From positions 1,696,001 to 1,760,000 of the forward strand of contig OZ244937.1 of the NCBI GenBank assembly GCA_965222075.1: 64,000 nucleotides of DNA, given 5' to 3'. The stretch comes from Candidatus Latescibacterota bacterium. GTDB taxonomy: Bacteria; Latescibacterota; UBA2968; GCA-2709665. The notes under the pieces were generated by a model that made no database searches, was not told the DNA's origin, and saw only the letters and a program-made list of their open reading frames with translations. Every line of letters begins with the position of its first letter. The first letter of the stretch is position 1. A program made the translations under genes and the position numbers. Below are positions 51,395-61,338 of the stretch, piece after piece.

Positions 51395-53212
51395 ATGAGT
51401 CGGCTATCTACCGTTGTAAGTCTACTGCCGCGTTTGCTGGCATTTGTTTGGCGAACCAGTCCGTTCCTCACCTCTGTTTCCGTGCTGCTGGCGATCGGTA
51501 ATGCTGCAGTCGTCCCTTCCCAGATTTGGATTACTAAGGTAATAATCGACCAGATAGCCGAAAATGTATCTTCAGCTGCCGAAGACAGCTATTCGCCAAC
51601 CAGCTTTGTTCTACCAGTCGCTGGCGTATTTGGTGTTTGGGTACTCGGCGTAATTGCTCAATCTCTTGCTGTGCATATACGGATGCTTCTTGGCCAACAG
51701 AGTAGCCACCGGGCACGAATGCAGGTGTTTGCCAGGATGGCGGCGTTAGACCCGTCGCTCCTTGAAACTCCCGCTGTTCATGACTCATTCAACAATGCAC
51801 TGGAGGAAACCGGGCGGGCTCACGACACGGCGTACTTTGCGTTCGGTTGGATTTCTGATCTTCTGTCCCTGGTTGCAATCATCGGACTTCTCGCACACAT
51901 ACATCTTGGGGCGGTCGTGGTGCTCATCCTTACTTCTGCCCCTGGAGCAATTGCACAGGCTCGCCTTGCTGCCCATCACTACAACATATTTCGCGGACGA
52001 TCTGAACTACGTCGCCGGATCGAGTACCTTGGAGACCTCTTGTCGAATGCACCAGGGCTCCGTGAACTAAGGCTCTTCGGGCTAATAAAATACCTGTTGG
52101 ATCAGTATCACCGATTATGGAAAGTACAACATGCTGATGCCCGAAACCATCGACTTCGCCTGGCTCGGACCGATTTGCTTTATGGTTTCTTGTCTGTTGT
52201 CGGCACTCTGGCAATTTGGTGTTACGCAATCTTCCGTGGTCTCATAGGCATGATCACCATCGGCGACGTAAGCTTGGCCTTCCAGGCTGCTGAGCAAGGA
52301 CGTTCCCGTTTCAGCAGTGCTTTTCGCAGCGGCGCCCAGGGTTTTGAGCGCCTATTATATGCGTCAAATCTTTTCGAGTTCCTGGATCGGGAATGGGAAG
52401 ATGCTGAAGGAAAACTTCAGTCCCCGGGCACAAAAGGTGTTTCTATTCCGAAGCCCATCCAAAAAGGGATCGAATTTCGTGCCGTATCGTTCCGATATCC
52501 AGGGTCCAATGAGTACGCGCTCCGCAATATCTCCTACCATCTTCCCGCCGGGCATACGACGGCCATCGTCGGTCCTAATGGAGCTGGGAAGACGACACTA
52601 ATCAAGCTATTGGTTCGACTATACGACCCGACCGAGGGAGCGATTCTGGTGGATGGAACAGACCTTCGTGAGGTCGAACCCGAGTCATGGTGGCGCCATG
52701 TGAGTGTCATCTTCCAAGACTTCCAACGGTACAATCTATCTGCACGGGAAAATATCGGATTTGGCGAATTGGAGCGCTTGCATGACGACGACAACCTTAT
52801 GCAAGCAGCACGCCTTGCTGGAGCTGAGACGCTGATACAACAGTTACCGAGGGGACTTGACACGATGTTTGGTCGTATGTTCTCCGACGGTATCGAAATT
52901 TCCGGCGGGGAGTGGCAGCGCATCGCCCTTAGCAGGGCGTTTATTCGGGACGCACAAGTAATTGTATTGGACGAGCCGACGGCATCGCTCGATGCCTTCA
53001 CCGAGCAGGCAATATACGAAGGATTCGCGCGAGCGACTGTCGGCAAAACGGGGTTGCTGATCTCTCACCGATTTTCCACTGTTCGCATGGCGGACAGTAT
53101 TCTCGTTCTGGAGGAGGGACAACTCGTTGAACATGGGAGGCACGAACAACTCGTTTCGGCAAACGGCCTCTATGCCAAGATGTTTACAACTCAAGCAAGT
53201 CAATACAGATAG
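51395..53212 (+). CDS. ABC exporter (TMD+NBD fusion), cassette-like
   Basis: GPNGAGKTT, ISGGEWQRIAL, LDEPT, ISHRFST; lower GC. Confidence 0.92.
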   Translation: MSRLSTVVSLLPRLLAFVWRTSPFLTSVSVLLAIGNAAVVPSQIWITKVIIDQIAENVSSAAEDSYSPTSFVLPVAGVFGVWVLGVIAQSLAVHIRMLLGQQSSHRARMQVFARMAALDPSLLETPAVHDSFNNALEETGRAHDTAYFAFGWISDLLSLVAIIGLLAHIHLGAVVVLILTSAPGAIAQARLAAHHYNIFRGRSELRRRIEYLGDLLSNAPGLRELRLFGLIKYLLDQYHRLWKVQHADARNHRLRLARTDLLYGFLSVVGTLAIWCYAIFRGLIGMITIGDVSLAFQAAEQGRSRFSSAFRSGAQGFERLLYASNLFEFLDREWEDAEGKLQSPGTKGVSIPKPIQKGIEFRAVSFRYPGSNEYALRNISYHLPAGHTTAIVGPNGAGKTTLIKLLVRLYDPTEGAILVDGTDLREVEPESWWRHVSVIFQDFQRYNLSARENIGFGELERLHDDDNLMQAARLAGAETLIQQLPRGLDTMFGRMFSDGIEISGGEWQRIALSRAFIRDAQVIVLDEPTASLDAFTEQAIYEGFARATVGKTGLLISHRFSTVRMADSILVLEEGQLVEHGRHEQLVSANGLYAKMFTTQASQYR

Positions 53213-53266
53213 CAGGGATTCATCGATCAATTTCGATGTAATCGCAAAGGCAATTTGTCCCCCGTC

Positions 53267-53337
53267 GTTTAACATTGCCTACCCGCTCGGCCCTTTGGGA
53301 TCTGCTGAGCAGGTGGGGTAGCCAAGAGACGTTACCT
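53267..53337 (+). mobile_element. attC-like site 2
   Basis: GTTTAAC...GTTACCT; stem TTGCCTACCC/GGGTAGCCAA. Confidence 0.6.
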
Positions 53338-53349
53338 GATGGCGCTTGG

Positions 53350-53613
53350 TTGCCCAAGGTCGGGCATCAGTTCGGGGGAGCCATTTCTTTTTGGACCGAA
53401 GCCGGACTAAATCGCTATTTTGAGTCGGGGTTGTTGCGTTGGCATGCCTCAGTCGTCCGGGAGACACCGACTGTTTTAGGTGCTTCAATCCACGGGCCGG
53501 TTCTGTATTCGGACCCCTACCAAGTAATTTGCCATCCAGACGCGGCCTATATCACGTCAGAAACGGACTGGGCAGTTTTCTTCCAGCAGCGAAGTGAGGA
53601 GCACAACGTCTAA
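53350..53613 (+). pseudogene. 5'-truncated cassette ORF, unknown function
   Basis: Protein-like FWTEAGL...VLYSDPYQVI; stop TAA lies inside GTCTAAC; no good start. Confidence 0.45.
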
Positions 53614-53629
53614 CGTGGAAACGTTATAC
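53608..53629 (+). mobile_element. Collapsed attC remnant
   Basis: GTCTAAC-GTGGAAAC-GTTATAC. Confidence 0.6.
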
Positions 53630-53717
53630 GCCAACAGCCGGAGAATCGACAAACACACACAAACCCTTCATCCCGAACCTAATAGATCCTGCAGGTTCGT
53701 GCAATCGTGAGGATGTC

Positions 53718-54059
53718 ATGCTTACGTGGTACCATGGCTCTCAGCAAGAGCTGACAAAACTTCGGGTCGGAAGTTCGATCACACAGAACAGAAAAGTGGC
53801 CGTGTACGTTGGCCATACGCTTGGACGGGCCGAACCGAGAGATCTTCCAGCCATAGTGAAGATGGAACCCGATCTCTTCTACGATCTTGGCACACGACCT
53901 CTCGCTATTGAGGAGGTAGAGCAGCGAGGAGGTATTCTGCAAGAGCGGCAAAGGATTCCGCGCTCTGCTCGATTGACGCCGGTAGGAACGGCCAGCAGGC
54001 TTCTGGAGTTACGGCGACTGCATCCTGAGTTACTCCAGGGCATTGTGGGTGAGTTCTGA
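53718..54059 (+). CDS. Cassette ORF, probably chimeric
   Basis: RBS GAGGA; N-terminal WYHGS start (ADP-ribosyltransferase-like) followed by unrelated-looking sequence. Confidence 0.45.
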   Translation: MLTWYHGSQQELTKLRVGSSITQNRKVAVYVGHTLGRAEPRDLPAIVKMEPDLFYDLGTRPLAIEEVEQRGGILQERQRIPRSARLTPVGTASRLLELRRLHPELLQGIVGEF

Positions 54060-54091
54060 CGGCGCGGCTACCGCCCGCTTGCCGCACAAGC

Positions 54092-54173
54092 ACTTAACAC
54101 CGTGCCCCCCGCTTCGGGCTTGCGCCCTTCGCCCAGCCGGCTGCGCCGGTTGGGGGGCACTGAAACATTAGCC
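54092..54173 (+). mobile_element. attC-like site 4
   Basis: ACTTAAC-ACCGTGCCCCCC...GGGGGGCAC-TGAAAC-ATTAGCC. Confidence 0.72.
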
Positions 54174-54197
54174 AGCATTTGCGGAGGAGATTCCGGA

Positions 54198-54938
54198 GTG
54201 GCCCGCTACGATGCCTATGACCCCTTTTCTCGCATCTACGATCAGCATTGGGGTTCCTTCGCGGCGAAAGTGTACCCGATCCTCGACCATTTGGTGTTGG
54301 GGGATCTCCCGCCTGGCTGCGCCATCCTGGATCTGTGTTGTGGGACGGGGCAGCTTGCCGCTAAGCTTTCGGAGGAGGGATACATTACAACGGGCCTGGA
54401 TGGATCGGAGGGGATGATTGAGATGGCGAGGAGAAATGCACCGGACGTGGAATTCCTCGTCCAGGACGCCCGGAACATCTCTCTGAACCGCAGGTTTTCG
54501 GCAGTTTTCTCGACCTTCGACAGCCTCAATCACGTGATGAGCCTGGACGAGTTGGAGCAGGTGTTTCAGAGCGTTCACTCCGTCCTGGAAGAGGGTGGCT
54601 ACTTCGAGTTTGACCTTAATATGGAAGAGGCCTACCTGTCGAGATGGTGTGGCACGTTCGGATATGTAGAGGACAATCACGTGTGCGTGGTTCGGTCATC
54701 GAACGATGAGAAAGAGAAGATCGGAAAAATGGACCTGACTTTGTTTGAGTTGAACGGTACGAACTGGAAGCGGACCGACTTCTCCCTGTTGCAGCGCTGG
54801 TATCAGGAAAGTGACATCAGAGAACGACTTCGAAGGGCTGGATTTGGAAGGCTCCTCACGTTCGATGGGAAGGACCCAATCGTGGAGGGGGCACCGAAGT
54901 ACGCAGGCCGGATGTTTTTCGTCGCAAGAAAACCATAG
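54198..54938 (+). CDS. Class I SAM methyltransferase, cassette
   Basis: ILDLCCGTG, DGSEGM, FDSLNH; start GTG 54198 (RBS GGAGG). Confidence 0.9.
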   Translation: MARYDAYDPFSRIYDQHWGSFAAKVYPILDHLVLGDLPPGCAILDLCCGTGQLAAKLSEEGYITTGLDGSEGMIEMARRNAPDVEFLVQDARNISLNRRFSAVFSTFDSLNHVMSLDELEQVFQSVHSVLEEGGYFEFDLNMEEAYLSRWCGTFGYVEDNHVCVVRSSNDEKEKIGKMDLTLFELNGTNWKRTDFSLLQRWYQESDIRERLRRAGFGRLLTFDGKDPIVEGAPKYAGRMFFVARKP

Positions 54939-54949
54939 AAGCAAACGCC

Positions 54950-54976
54950 GGCTAACATCGTGTTCCCGGCTACGGC
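54950..54976 (+). mobile_element. Left half of attC-like site 5 (truncated)
   Basis: GGCTAACATCGTGTTCCCGGCTACGG resembles site 1; GGCTAA is complementary to TTAGCC at the cassette start. Confidence 0.65.
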
Positions 54977-55045
54977 GGCTGTGTCGGATCCGGCCATCGA
55001 GTTCGCTTAGATGAGATGAACGCGTAAAGGAAAAGAGAGGAAGAA

Positions 55046-56410
55046 ATGAAGCGCGAACACATTTTTGCCCATTACGAAAAGGACGCACCCCGGTACTGGA
55101 AGCTGAGAGAAGGCGGCTATGCCAGCCCGATAAGTGTGTATCAGGGAGATGAGATAACGTTCCATATATCGAATTCCAGATCGTACTACGATGTATTTGT
55201 GTTCCACGAAGGGGCAAAACGGCGTCTGGTAAAGGAGATAAACGACCTGCGTGGCGGGCTTCCCCCGGTCCCCGAGTTTGGATATCGGGATGGATTCGCC
55301 TGGCCCGCGACGGTCGCGTTCCGGGTGCCTCGCGACTGGCAGAGCGGTGTCTACATCGCCAGTTTTCCCACTGCACAGGGGATCCGGGAAATCCTGTTCG
55401 TCGTTCGCCCGCGTGTTCCCAGCGCGCCGATTCTCCTGACAATCGAGACCAATACGTATGCCGCGTATAACCCTGTGGGTGGTAAAAGTCTCTTCCATTA
55501 CCTGTCTACGGACCGCACGCACAGCGACCTGGTGACCTTTGAGCGCCCCCTGCAGCCGGACATCATGGGCGGATTCTATGCCTGGGATCAGTTCATCACC
55601 TCATGGCTGGACGCCGAGGGTTACCAGGTAGACTACTGCGTCAACGCCGACCACGATCAGCAGCCGGATCTCCTGGATGACTACCCTGCACACCTCAGGA
55701 TCGGTCATGGCGAGTACTCCAGCCGCGAAGAATGCGAGCAGCTTCAGCGGTTCGTAGCACGTGGCGGCAACCTGATGGTGCTCGCCGGTAACTCTTTCTC
55801 GCACCTGGTCGAGACCAGGGCCGACGGACGCCAGCTCTACTGTGCCAAGACCCGGTACAAAAAGCATCCGCTCGGCACGCCGGAAGCCCCCCATACATCC
55901 TTTCTCCGCGCAATCGATAATCTGCGTCAGCGCACCATTGGCGTTTCCTATACGGCTGCTGTCAACGCGAAGAGCAAGGTTCCCGGCGAGATTATTGCAC
56001 CCACAACCGGAGAATACGGATTCTTCCGCGTGACCCGGCCCGACCACTGGGCATTCGAAGGAACCGGGTTGGAGGAAGGGGATGAATTTGGCCGGGAGGA
56101 TTCGATCGTTGGGGTCGAATGCGACGGCGGCGACATCGAATTCAAGGATGGGAAACCACGGTTTACAGGCCGCGACGGAATCAGCCCGCATTACCGGATC
56201 ATCGCGATCGGAGACGCAGAAGACCACGGTTTCAACGCGGACATGGGGATCCACCAGGACCGGTTCTACGCCACCGTCGCGGTCAATGAAACGGAGTTCA
56301 AGGGGACTGTCTTCACGGCGGCAACCATGGAGTGGGCGCACGGTCTTTACCGGAACAGCGGTCCGGTGGCACAGATCACACGCAATGTCCTGGACCGCCT
56401 GGGCAGGTAG
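55046..56410 (+). CDS. N,N-dimethylformamidase beta-subunit-family protein
   Basis: WQSGVY, NTYAAYN, FERP, GHGEY, GGNL..LAGN, GVECD, ITRNVLDR. Confidence 0.82.
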   Translation: MKREHIFAHYEKDAPRYWKLREGGYASPISVYQGDEITFHISNSRSYYDVFVFHEGAKRRLVKEINDLRGGLPPVPEFGYRDGFAWPATVAFRVPRDWQSGVYIASFPTAQGIREILFVVRPRVPSAPILLTIETNTYAAYNPVGGKSLFHYLSTDRTHSDLVTFERPLQPDIMGGFYAWDQFITSWLDAEGYQVDYCVNADHDQQPDLLDDYPAHLRIGHGEYSSREECEQLQRFVARGGNLMVLAGNSFSHLVETRADGRQLYCAKTRYKKHPLGTPEAPHTSFLRAIDNLRQRTIGVSYTAAVNAKSKVPGEIIAPTTGEYGFFRVTRPDHWAFEGTGLEEGDEFGREDSIVGVECDGGDIEFKDGKPRFTGRDGISPHYRIIAIGDAEDHGFNADMGIHQDRFYATVAVNETEFKGTVFTAATMEWAHGLYRNSGPVAQITRNVLDRLGR

Positions 56411-56472
56411 ATGATATTTCGCAAGAGCAGCGGTCCCGGGGACCGTACCGTAGTCCAAAAAGTGAAAACCAC

Positions 56473-56500
56473 TTGACATTTTTCCAGTCTTTATTAGATT
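56473..56500 (+). promoter_or_regulatory. tRNA promoter
   Basis: TTGACA-16 nt-TAGATT. Confidence 0.6.
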
Positions 56501-56519
56501 TTCTTGAATTCCATAAGGT

Positions 56520-56595
56520 GACCCCGTCGTTCAGTGGCCCAGGACACCAGACTCTCACTCTGGAGACGGGGGTTCGACTCCCCTCGGGGTCACCA
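56520..56595 (+). tRNA. tRNA-Glu (anticodon CTC)
   Basis: Acceptor GACCCCG/CGGGGTC-A-CCA; anticodon arm CCAGA-CT CTC AC-TCTGG; T loop TTCGACT. Confidence 0.96.
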
Positions 56596-56697
56596 ATTTT
56601 ATGATACATAGAATAAGCAGCCCTTCTGACCATGGGATCAGGAGGGCGTTGCCTTTAAGGGGTATAAGGTTAAGGACCAGCTGGCTCCTCGCATCTT

Positions 56698-57021
56698 GTG
56701 GGTCAATCGGGGGAGTTCAGAAAAGCGTTTGCGGCCGCCACCGTACACGATTTTTTCAATATTCTGAGCATCCTGGTATTCCTGCCGTTGGAATTCGCGT
56801 TCGGTTTTCTTGAAAAACTGAGCGGTGTGATGACCCATATCATCGAGAACATCGGGTCTGTTGATGCAGGGGGAAAGGGCATAGTGAAGGTCGTCGTCGG
56901 TTTCGGTACCCGGCTTGTAGTCCCCGCTCCCCGACGTGTGGGCGGGTTTGGTTCTGATCGTCGCAGGAATCGCGCTCATTTGTGCATTTTTCGGCATTCC
57001 GGGAGCGCTCGTGTTTGTTAG
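56698..57021 (+). pseudogene. Fragment of a Na+/phosphate cotransporter (NptA-like)
   Basis: EFRKAFAAATVHDFFNILSILVFLPLE; no proper start. Confidence 0.75.
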
Positions 57022-57118
57022 TGCATGGCTGTCCTGAGCGCTGTATGCAAGAGAGGGATGTTGACAGGCAGCGGGGCGGTTGCTGAAGGTGATGTGCCTA
57101 TTATAGTTGAAATTTAGA

Positions 57119-57234
57119 GGGCTCCAGACTTACGTTTGGGTATGTGAGTTGTAAAACAGCGTACCCGTAAGAAAGGAGCCCGAAGTTTTCGCGTGGGTGT
57201 CCTGTGGGGCGGGACCACGGGCGAAAAGGTTTTT
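57119..57234 (+). other. Two-hairpin structured non-coding segment
   Basis: GGGCTCC/GGAGCCC enclosing CTTACG/CGTAAG and GGGTA/TACCC; then TTTTCGC...GCGAAAA plus T run. Confidence 0.45.
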
Positions 57235-57273
57235 GGGTAGATGTCTTGTCAATCGCTTAGAAAACAGGATCTT

Positions 57274-57420
57274 GGCACACGCAGCGGTATTTTCCTGCGG
57301 TCAAAGCGATGAAAGACCTGGTCAACCGCGGCGATCTGGGGTCGGTGATCATGGCCTACGACGTGTGGCACAAGCCCTATGGCCCGTACAACCGTCCGGA
57401 ATGGATGCTGGACCGCGGCG
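57274..57420 (+). pseudogene. Fragment of a Gfo/Idh/MocA oxidoreductase
   Basis: Manual translation TQRYFPAVKAMKDLVNRGDLGSVIMAYDVWHKPYGPYNRPEWMLDRG. Confidence 0.65.
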
Positions 57421-57442
57421 GACATCCCGGAGAGATTCAGTC

Positions 57443-58885
57443 ATGACGCAAACCGACTTCAATGATGTCGAATGGACCCAGCGCCTGGCGCTGGCTCTCG
57501 CCAGACTGGCGGAAAAGCAAAGGCCTTACGTGGAGGAGTTGGCCGAAGGCCGTCGACGAAACACAGGTGTGGAGAGGGATGACCTGTTCTCCATTCGTCT
57601 CCCTCATCCGTCGGACGACCTACTTCCCCTCTATGCCAAGACGTCTTTCAGCGAAGGACGATACTTCGAGAGGCATTACCGATCTCTCCGGTTTGCATTG
57701 GATGAGGTGCGGAATGTTCTTGGAGAGCATCCCGTGTTCCAGAGGGTACTGGATCCTTCCGACGAGAGGCAGAAATTCTGGGTTCAAGTCGCGAACCACG
57801 GCGGACGTATAGGCCTGCTGGCGATAGTTGGCGGCCTGATGGGGCGCGCAATAGAAGTGCCGGAAGACGGCTTCAGGGTGGCGTCTTCCGAACTGAACGC
57901 ACAGCTCAATTTGAGCCGGGACGAGCCAGCGATGCTTCCTGGCGTTCAAAACACAGGTTACCACGTCGCACTCTTCCACGGTTTGCGATTCAACGAGAAG
58001 ATGAAGATCACGAACGAAATGACTGTCGTGCCCTTTGACCAGACACGCGCTTTCGTAAACGTCAACGTATTCCGGGATATCGCGCCTGATATAATCAAGT
58101 ATAACAACACGAAATCCGTAGGAGCGGTCCTGAAACCCTTTCGATGGAAACCGGAGTTTCTCTCATCAGGCAAGCAATGGGAACCCGAATTGGATTGGGC
58201 CGAGTCGTTTTCCGGCGATGCGCAGGCCTTCGTTGAATTGCTTGCTGTATCCCACGGGGCACCGGTCGTTTACCTGATGGAGATTCCGCACTGCATAGAT
58301 CGATCGACATCCTATCTACTGGGCGAACCGCACTATCATAGCAGCATTAGCTGGGGCCGTTCCGCAAATTCATTCGATAGGTTTCTAAGAACTCAAGACT
58401 TGCGCATGGACGCGTTCGAGGAAGCCAAACGGGTTTTCCAGGAGCGGAACAGCAGCCAGTTTCAAAAATACGCGCCCGTCATATCGAGGCTTGCCGAATC
58501 GCTTGCGCGAAGCGGTCGGTTCAAGTCGGAAGACAGGATACTCGATGTCGCGATTGCCCTGGAGCGGATGTACGGCCTGGACAGCGGAGAAATCACCTTC
58601 AAATTGAAAACGAGAGCGGCCTGTTTTTTGGAACACGATACAAAAGGCCGGATGCAGGTTTTCAAGGATGTCAAAGACTTCTACGATGCGCGGTCGGATA
58701 TCGTTCACGACCGGCAGAAAAAGGCATTGGTCAAGCAGAATATTGAGGCATTCGACAAGGGATTCGAGGTGGCGCGACGGTCGCTATTCAAACTTCTGCA
58801 CAACGGCCCGCCCTCAGACTGGAACGAAATGGTAATCGCGGCGGGAGATCGGGCGACCCGACCGGATCCAGTTGCCGAAGATTGA
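57443..58885 (+). CDS. ApeA-like HEPN-domain protein
   Basis: C-terminal IALERMY..FKLKTRAA..YDARSDIVH (RxxxxH); start ATG 57443. Confidence 0.82.
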   Translation: MTQTDFNDVEWTQRLALALARLAEKQRPYVEELAEGRRRNTGVERDDLFSIRLPHPSDDLLPLYAKTSFSEGRYFERHYRSLRFALDEVRNVLGEHPVFQRVLDPSDERQKFWVQVANHGGRIGLLAIVGGLMGRAIEVPEDGFRVASSELNAQLNLSRDEPAMLPGVQNTGYHVALFHGLRFNEKMKITNEMTVVPFDQTRAFVNVNVFRDIAPDIIKYNNTKSVGAVLKPFRWKPEFLSSGKQWEPELDWAESFSGDAQAFVELLAVSHGAPVVYLMEIPHCIDRSTSYLLGEPHYHSSISWGRSANSFDRFLRTQDLRMDAFEEAKRVFQERNSSQFQKYAPVISRLAESLARSGRFKSEDRILDVAIALERMYGLDSGEITFKLKTRAACFLEHDTKGRMQVFKDVKDFYDARSDIVHDRQKKALVKQNIEAFDKGFEVARRSLFKLLHNGPPSDWNEMVIAAGDRATRPDPVAED

Positions 58886-58967
58886 GCTAATGGCCGGCAG
58901 CAAGCGTAGACCTGCGGCCCGATGACCACTGGGCGCGAATATTTGAACAAATCAAACGGACAGGACA

Positions 58968-59320
58968 GTGGCGAAGCCTGAAGCACACTACCACGGGCAT
59001 CGGAAGCGTCTTCGCGAACGTTTCCAACAGAGTGGCCTGGCGGGATTCGCAGAGCACGAGGTCATTGAGTTGCTGTTGACCCTGGCCATTCCGCGCCTGG
59101 ACGTGAAGCAGCCCGCCAAGGCACTGCTCAAGCAATTCGGTAGCCTGCAAGGAGTCCTGGATGCTCCGCTAACCGAACTGCAGTCGGTGAAGGGCATCGG
59201 CAAGGTCGCTGCGATCTCCCTGAAAGTCATCCGCGAAGCGGCGACGCTCTACCTGCTGGAGACATCCGAGGAATCACAAGTGCTGCGCGACCCGGAGCGG
59301 CTCAGTGACTTCTGGCGGAT
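58968..59320 (+). pseudogene. radC: RadC N-terminal half, JAB domain lost
   Basis: GHRKRLRERF, EVIELLL, AKALLKQFGSL, HhH VKGIG. Confidence 0.88.
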
Positions 59321-59579
59321 TCGGTCGGGGACTGTTTTGACAACGCGATGTGTGAGAGCTTCTTCGCCACCGTAGAATGCGAACTCCTCGACCGCTACTG
59401 CTTTCGCACTTTCCAGGAGGCGCAACGGATCCTCTTCGAGTATATCTCGAGGGGTGGTACAATCCACATCGCAGACATTCAGCTTTGGGGTACCACTCAC
59501 CCACAACCTACGAGGAAAACCATCAAACATGGGCTTGACACCCAAGCCTAAAACCGTCCACGAAACCGGGGTAACCCTA
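59321..59579 (+). mobile_element. IS3-family remnant (transposase C-terminus and right end)
   Basis: SVGDCFDNAMCESFFATVECE..FEYI / GWYNPHRRHSALGYHSP (frameshifted); end CCGTCCACGAAACCGGGGTAA. Confidence 0.85.
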
Positions 59580-59615
59580 ACTTTACCTTGACTTGTGAGG
59601 AGGAGAAAACAGGCC

Positions 59616-61313
59616 ATGATTAACATCCAACCTCAGTACATCACACTTGCACAATTGTCTCAGAATCGCCTATTTAGAATCCCGCAGTATCAACGGTCAT
59701 ACAGTTGGCACAGTAAGCAACGACAAGATTTGTTCGCGGACATCCAAAAGATATACGACCACGGAAAGGGTCGCTCACATTTCATGGCGACTGTAGTGGG
59801 ACTCAGACGCAAAGCAAAAACAATTGGAACTACAGAGCATCAATTCATAGACATTGTTGATGGACAACAGCGAATCACAACACTCATCCTGTTGCTCAAG
59901 GCTATCGCCGTGGTATGCGACCATTCGGATATAACTGATGCAAAAATCCGTGACGAAATCAACAATTCGTTGATCAAAGACGACAATGCTACCCTTCTGT
60001 TGCTGCAAACCAATCACGACAGCAGCGACTACTTCGCAAATTACCTCAGACGCGGAAGGCATCCGTCTTCAGAGGACGCCAAAACCATCGCCGATTATGA
60101 GCTTCTGGCTGCTATCGAGGAGTGTGAGCAGTTCGTAACTGATTGGCAGAGTGCCAACAATCTTCTTGTCGACCTAGTGACTCTGCTGAAGAATAGGCTG
60201 ACCTTTATTTTGCACGAAATCAGCGACGAATCGCTTGTGTATACCGTGTTCGAGGTCCTTAACAGCCGAGGCCTTGATGTATCATGGTTCGACCGCCTTA
60301 AGAGCATGCTGATGGCCATCGTGTTTGATCGTGCGGGGAATAAGTCTGAGATCATTGACATGGTCCACTCGCTTTGGACGCAAATATACCGCTGTGTAGG
60401 GCTCCGATTGGGTCTGAGTACGGAATCCCTACGTTTTGCCGCTACGCTTCGTCATCTGGTATGCCCAAATCGCCCATTGGGTGAAGAAGAGGCCGCGCTT
60501 ATGCTTTACAATCAGTCCAAAGATGGCGCAAAACAGGTAATTGAGACAACTCAATGGCTAAAAGATGTAACCGTAGCGGTGGATCAATTAGCAGCCAAAC
60601 GTCCGAGGGATGCAGTTACTAGAATTGTGCAAGCTAGAATGGTAGCGACGGCGGTGCATTTGCGTCAAGATTTTACCAAAGATGAAAGAAGCAGGATACT
60701 CCACAGATGGGAAAAAGTAACCTTCCGCATATATGGAATGTTTAGAAAGGACGCACGCTGGGCTGTCGGTGATTACGTACGGCTCGCTTGGAGTATTATG
60801 AACGAGCAGTTATCTTGCGATGAGACACTCAAAAGGTTGGCTGAGATTGGCAGGAAATTTCCAGTTGCTGAAGCAGTAGAGAATCTGCGTGATGCGAATT
60901 GCTACGATTACTGGAGAGAAGAGCTACGTTACTTCCTGCACAAGTACGAGGAACACCTGTCGAAGAAGGCTGGACAGAACTTTGACAACGAGCAATGGCG
61001 TCGCATCTGGGCAAGCAGCTCTGCAAAGTCTATCGAGCACATACGCCCGAAGAATTGGTGGATCTCGCGAGGCAAGGAGTCCGAGGAGGGCAGAATGCAC
61101 GGCCTTGGCAATTTACTCTTACTTCCGCCAGGGCTAAACTCCAAATTGCAAGACAGACCCACACGCAAAAAGGCAGAGGCTTATACTAAGACAGGGCTCC
61201 TAATTACACAAGAGGTTGCCGACCTTGTGTCCACATCTGGCTGGACACTTAAGACAATGAAAGAGCGTGAGAGTCATCTGCTGGAGTGGGCAATCCAAGA
61301 ATGGTCAGACTAG
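59616..61313 (+). CDS. GmrSD-type protein (DUF262 + DUF1524/HNH), putative modification-dependent nuclease
   Basis: IPQYQRSYSW, DGQQRITT, FEVLNSRG; SIEHIRP, LGNLLLL..LN; start ATG 59616. Confidence 0.9.
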   Translation: MINIQPQYITLAQLSQNRLFRIPQYQRSYSWHSKQRQDLFADIQKIYDHGKGRSHFMATVVGLRRKAKTIGTTEHQFIDIVDGQQRITTLILLLKAIAVVCDHSDITDAKIRDEINNSLIKDDNATLLLLQTNHDSSDYFANYLRRGRHPSSEDAKTIADYELLAAIEECEQFVTDWQSANNLLVDLVTLLKNRLTFILHEISDESLVYTVFEVLNSRGLDVSWFDRLKSMLMAIVFDRAGNKSEIIDMVHSLWTQIYRCVGLRLGLSTESLRFAATLRHLVCPNRPLGEEEAALMLYNQSKDGAKQVIETTQWLKDVTVAVDQLAAKRPRDAVTRIVQARMVATAVHLRQDFTKDERSRILHRWEKVTFRIYGMFRKDARWAVGDYVRLAWSIMNEQLSCDETLKRLAEIGRKFPVAEAVENLRDANCYDYWREELRYFLHKYEEHLSKKAGQNFDNEQWRRIWASSSAKSIEHIRPKNWWISRGKESEEGRMHGLGNLLLLPPGLNSKLQDRPTRKKAEAYTKTGLLITQEVADLVSTSGWTLKTMKERESHLLEWAIQEWSD

Positions 61314-61338
61314 CAGGTTGCTCAAGAGCGGACCACGG

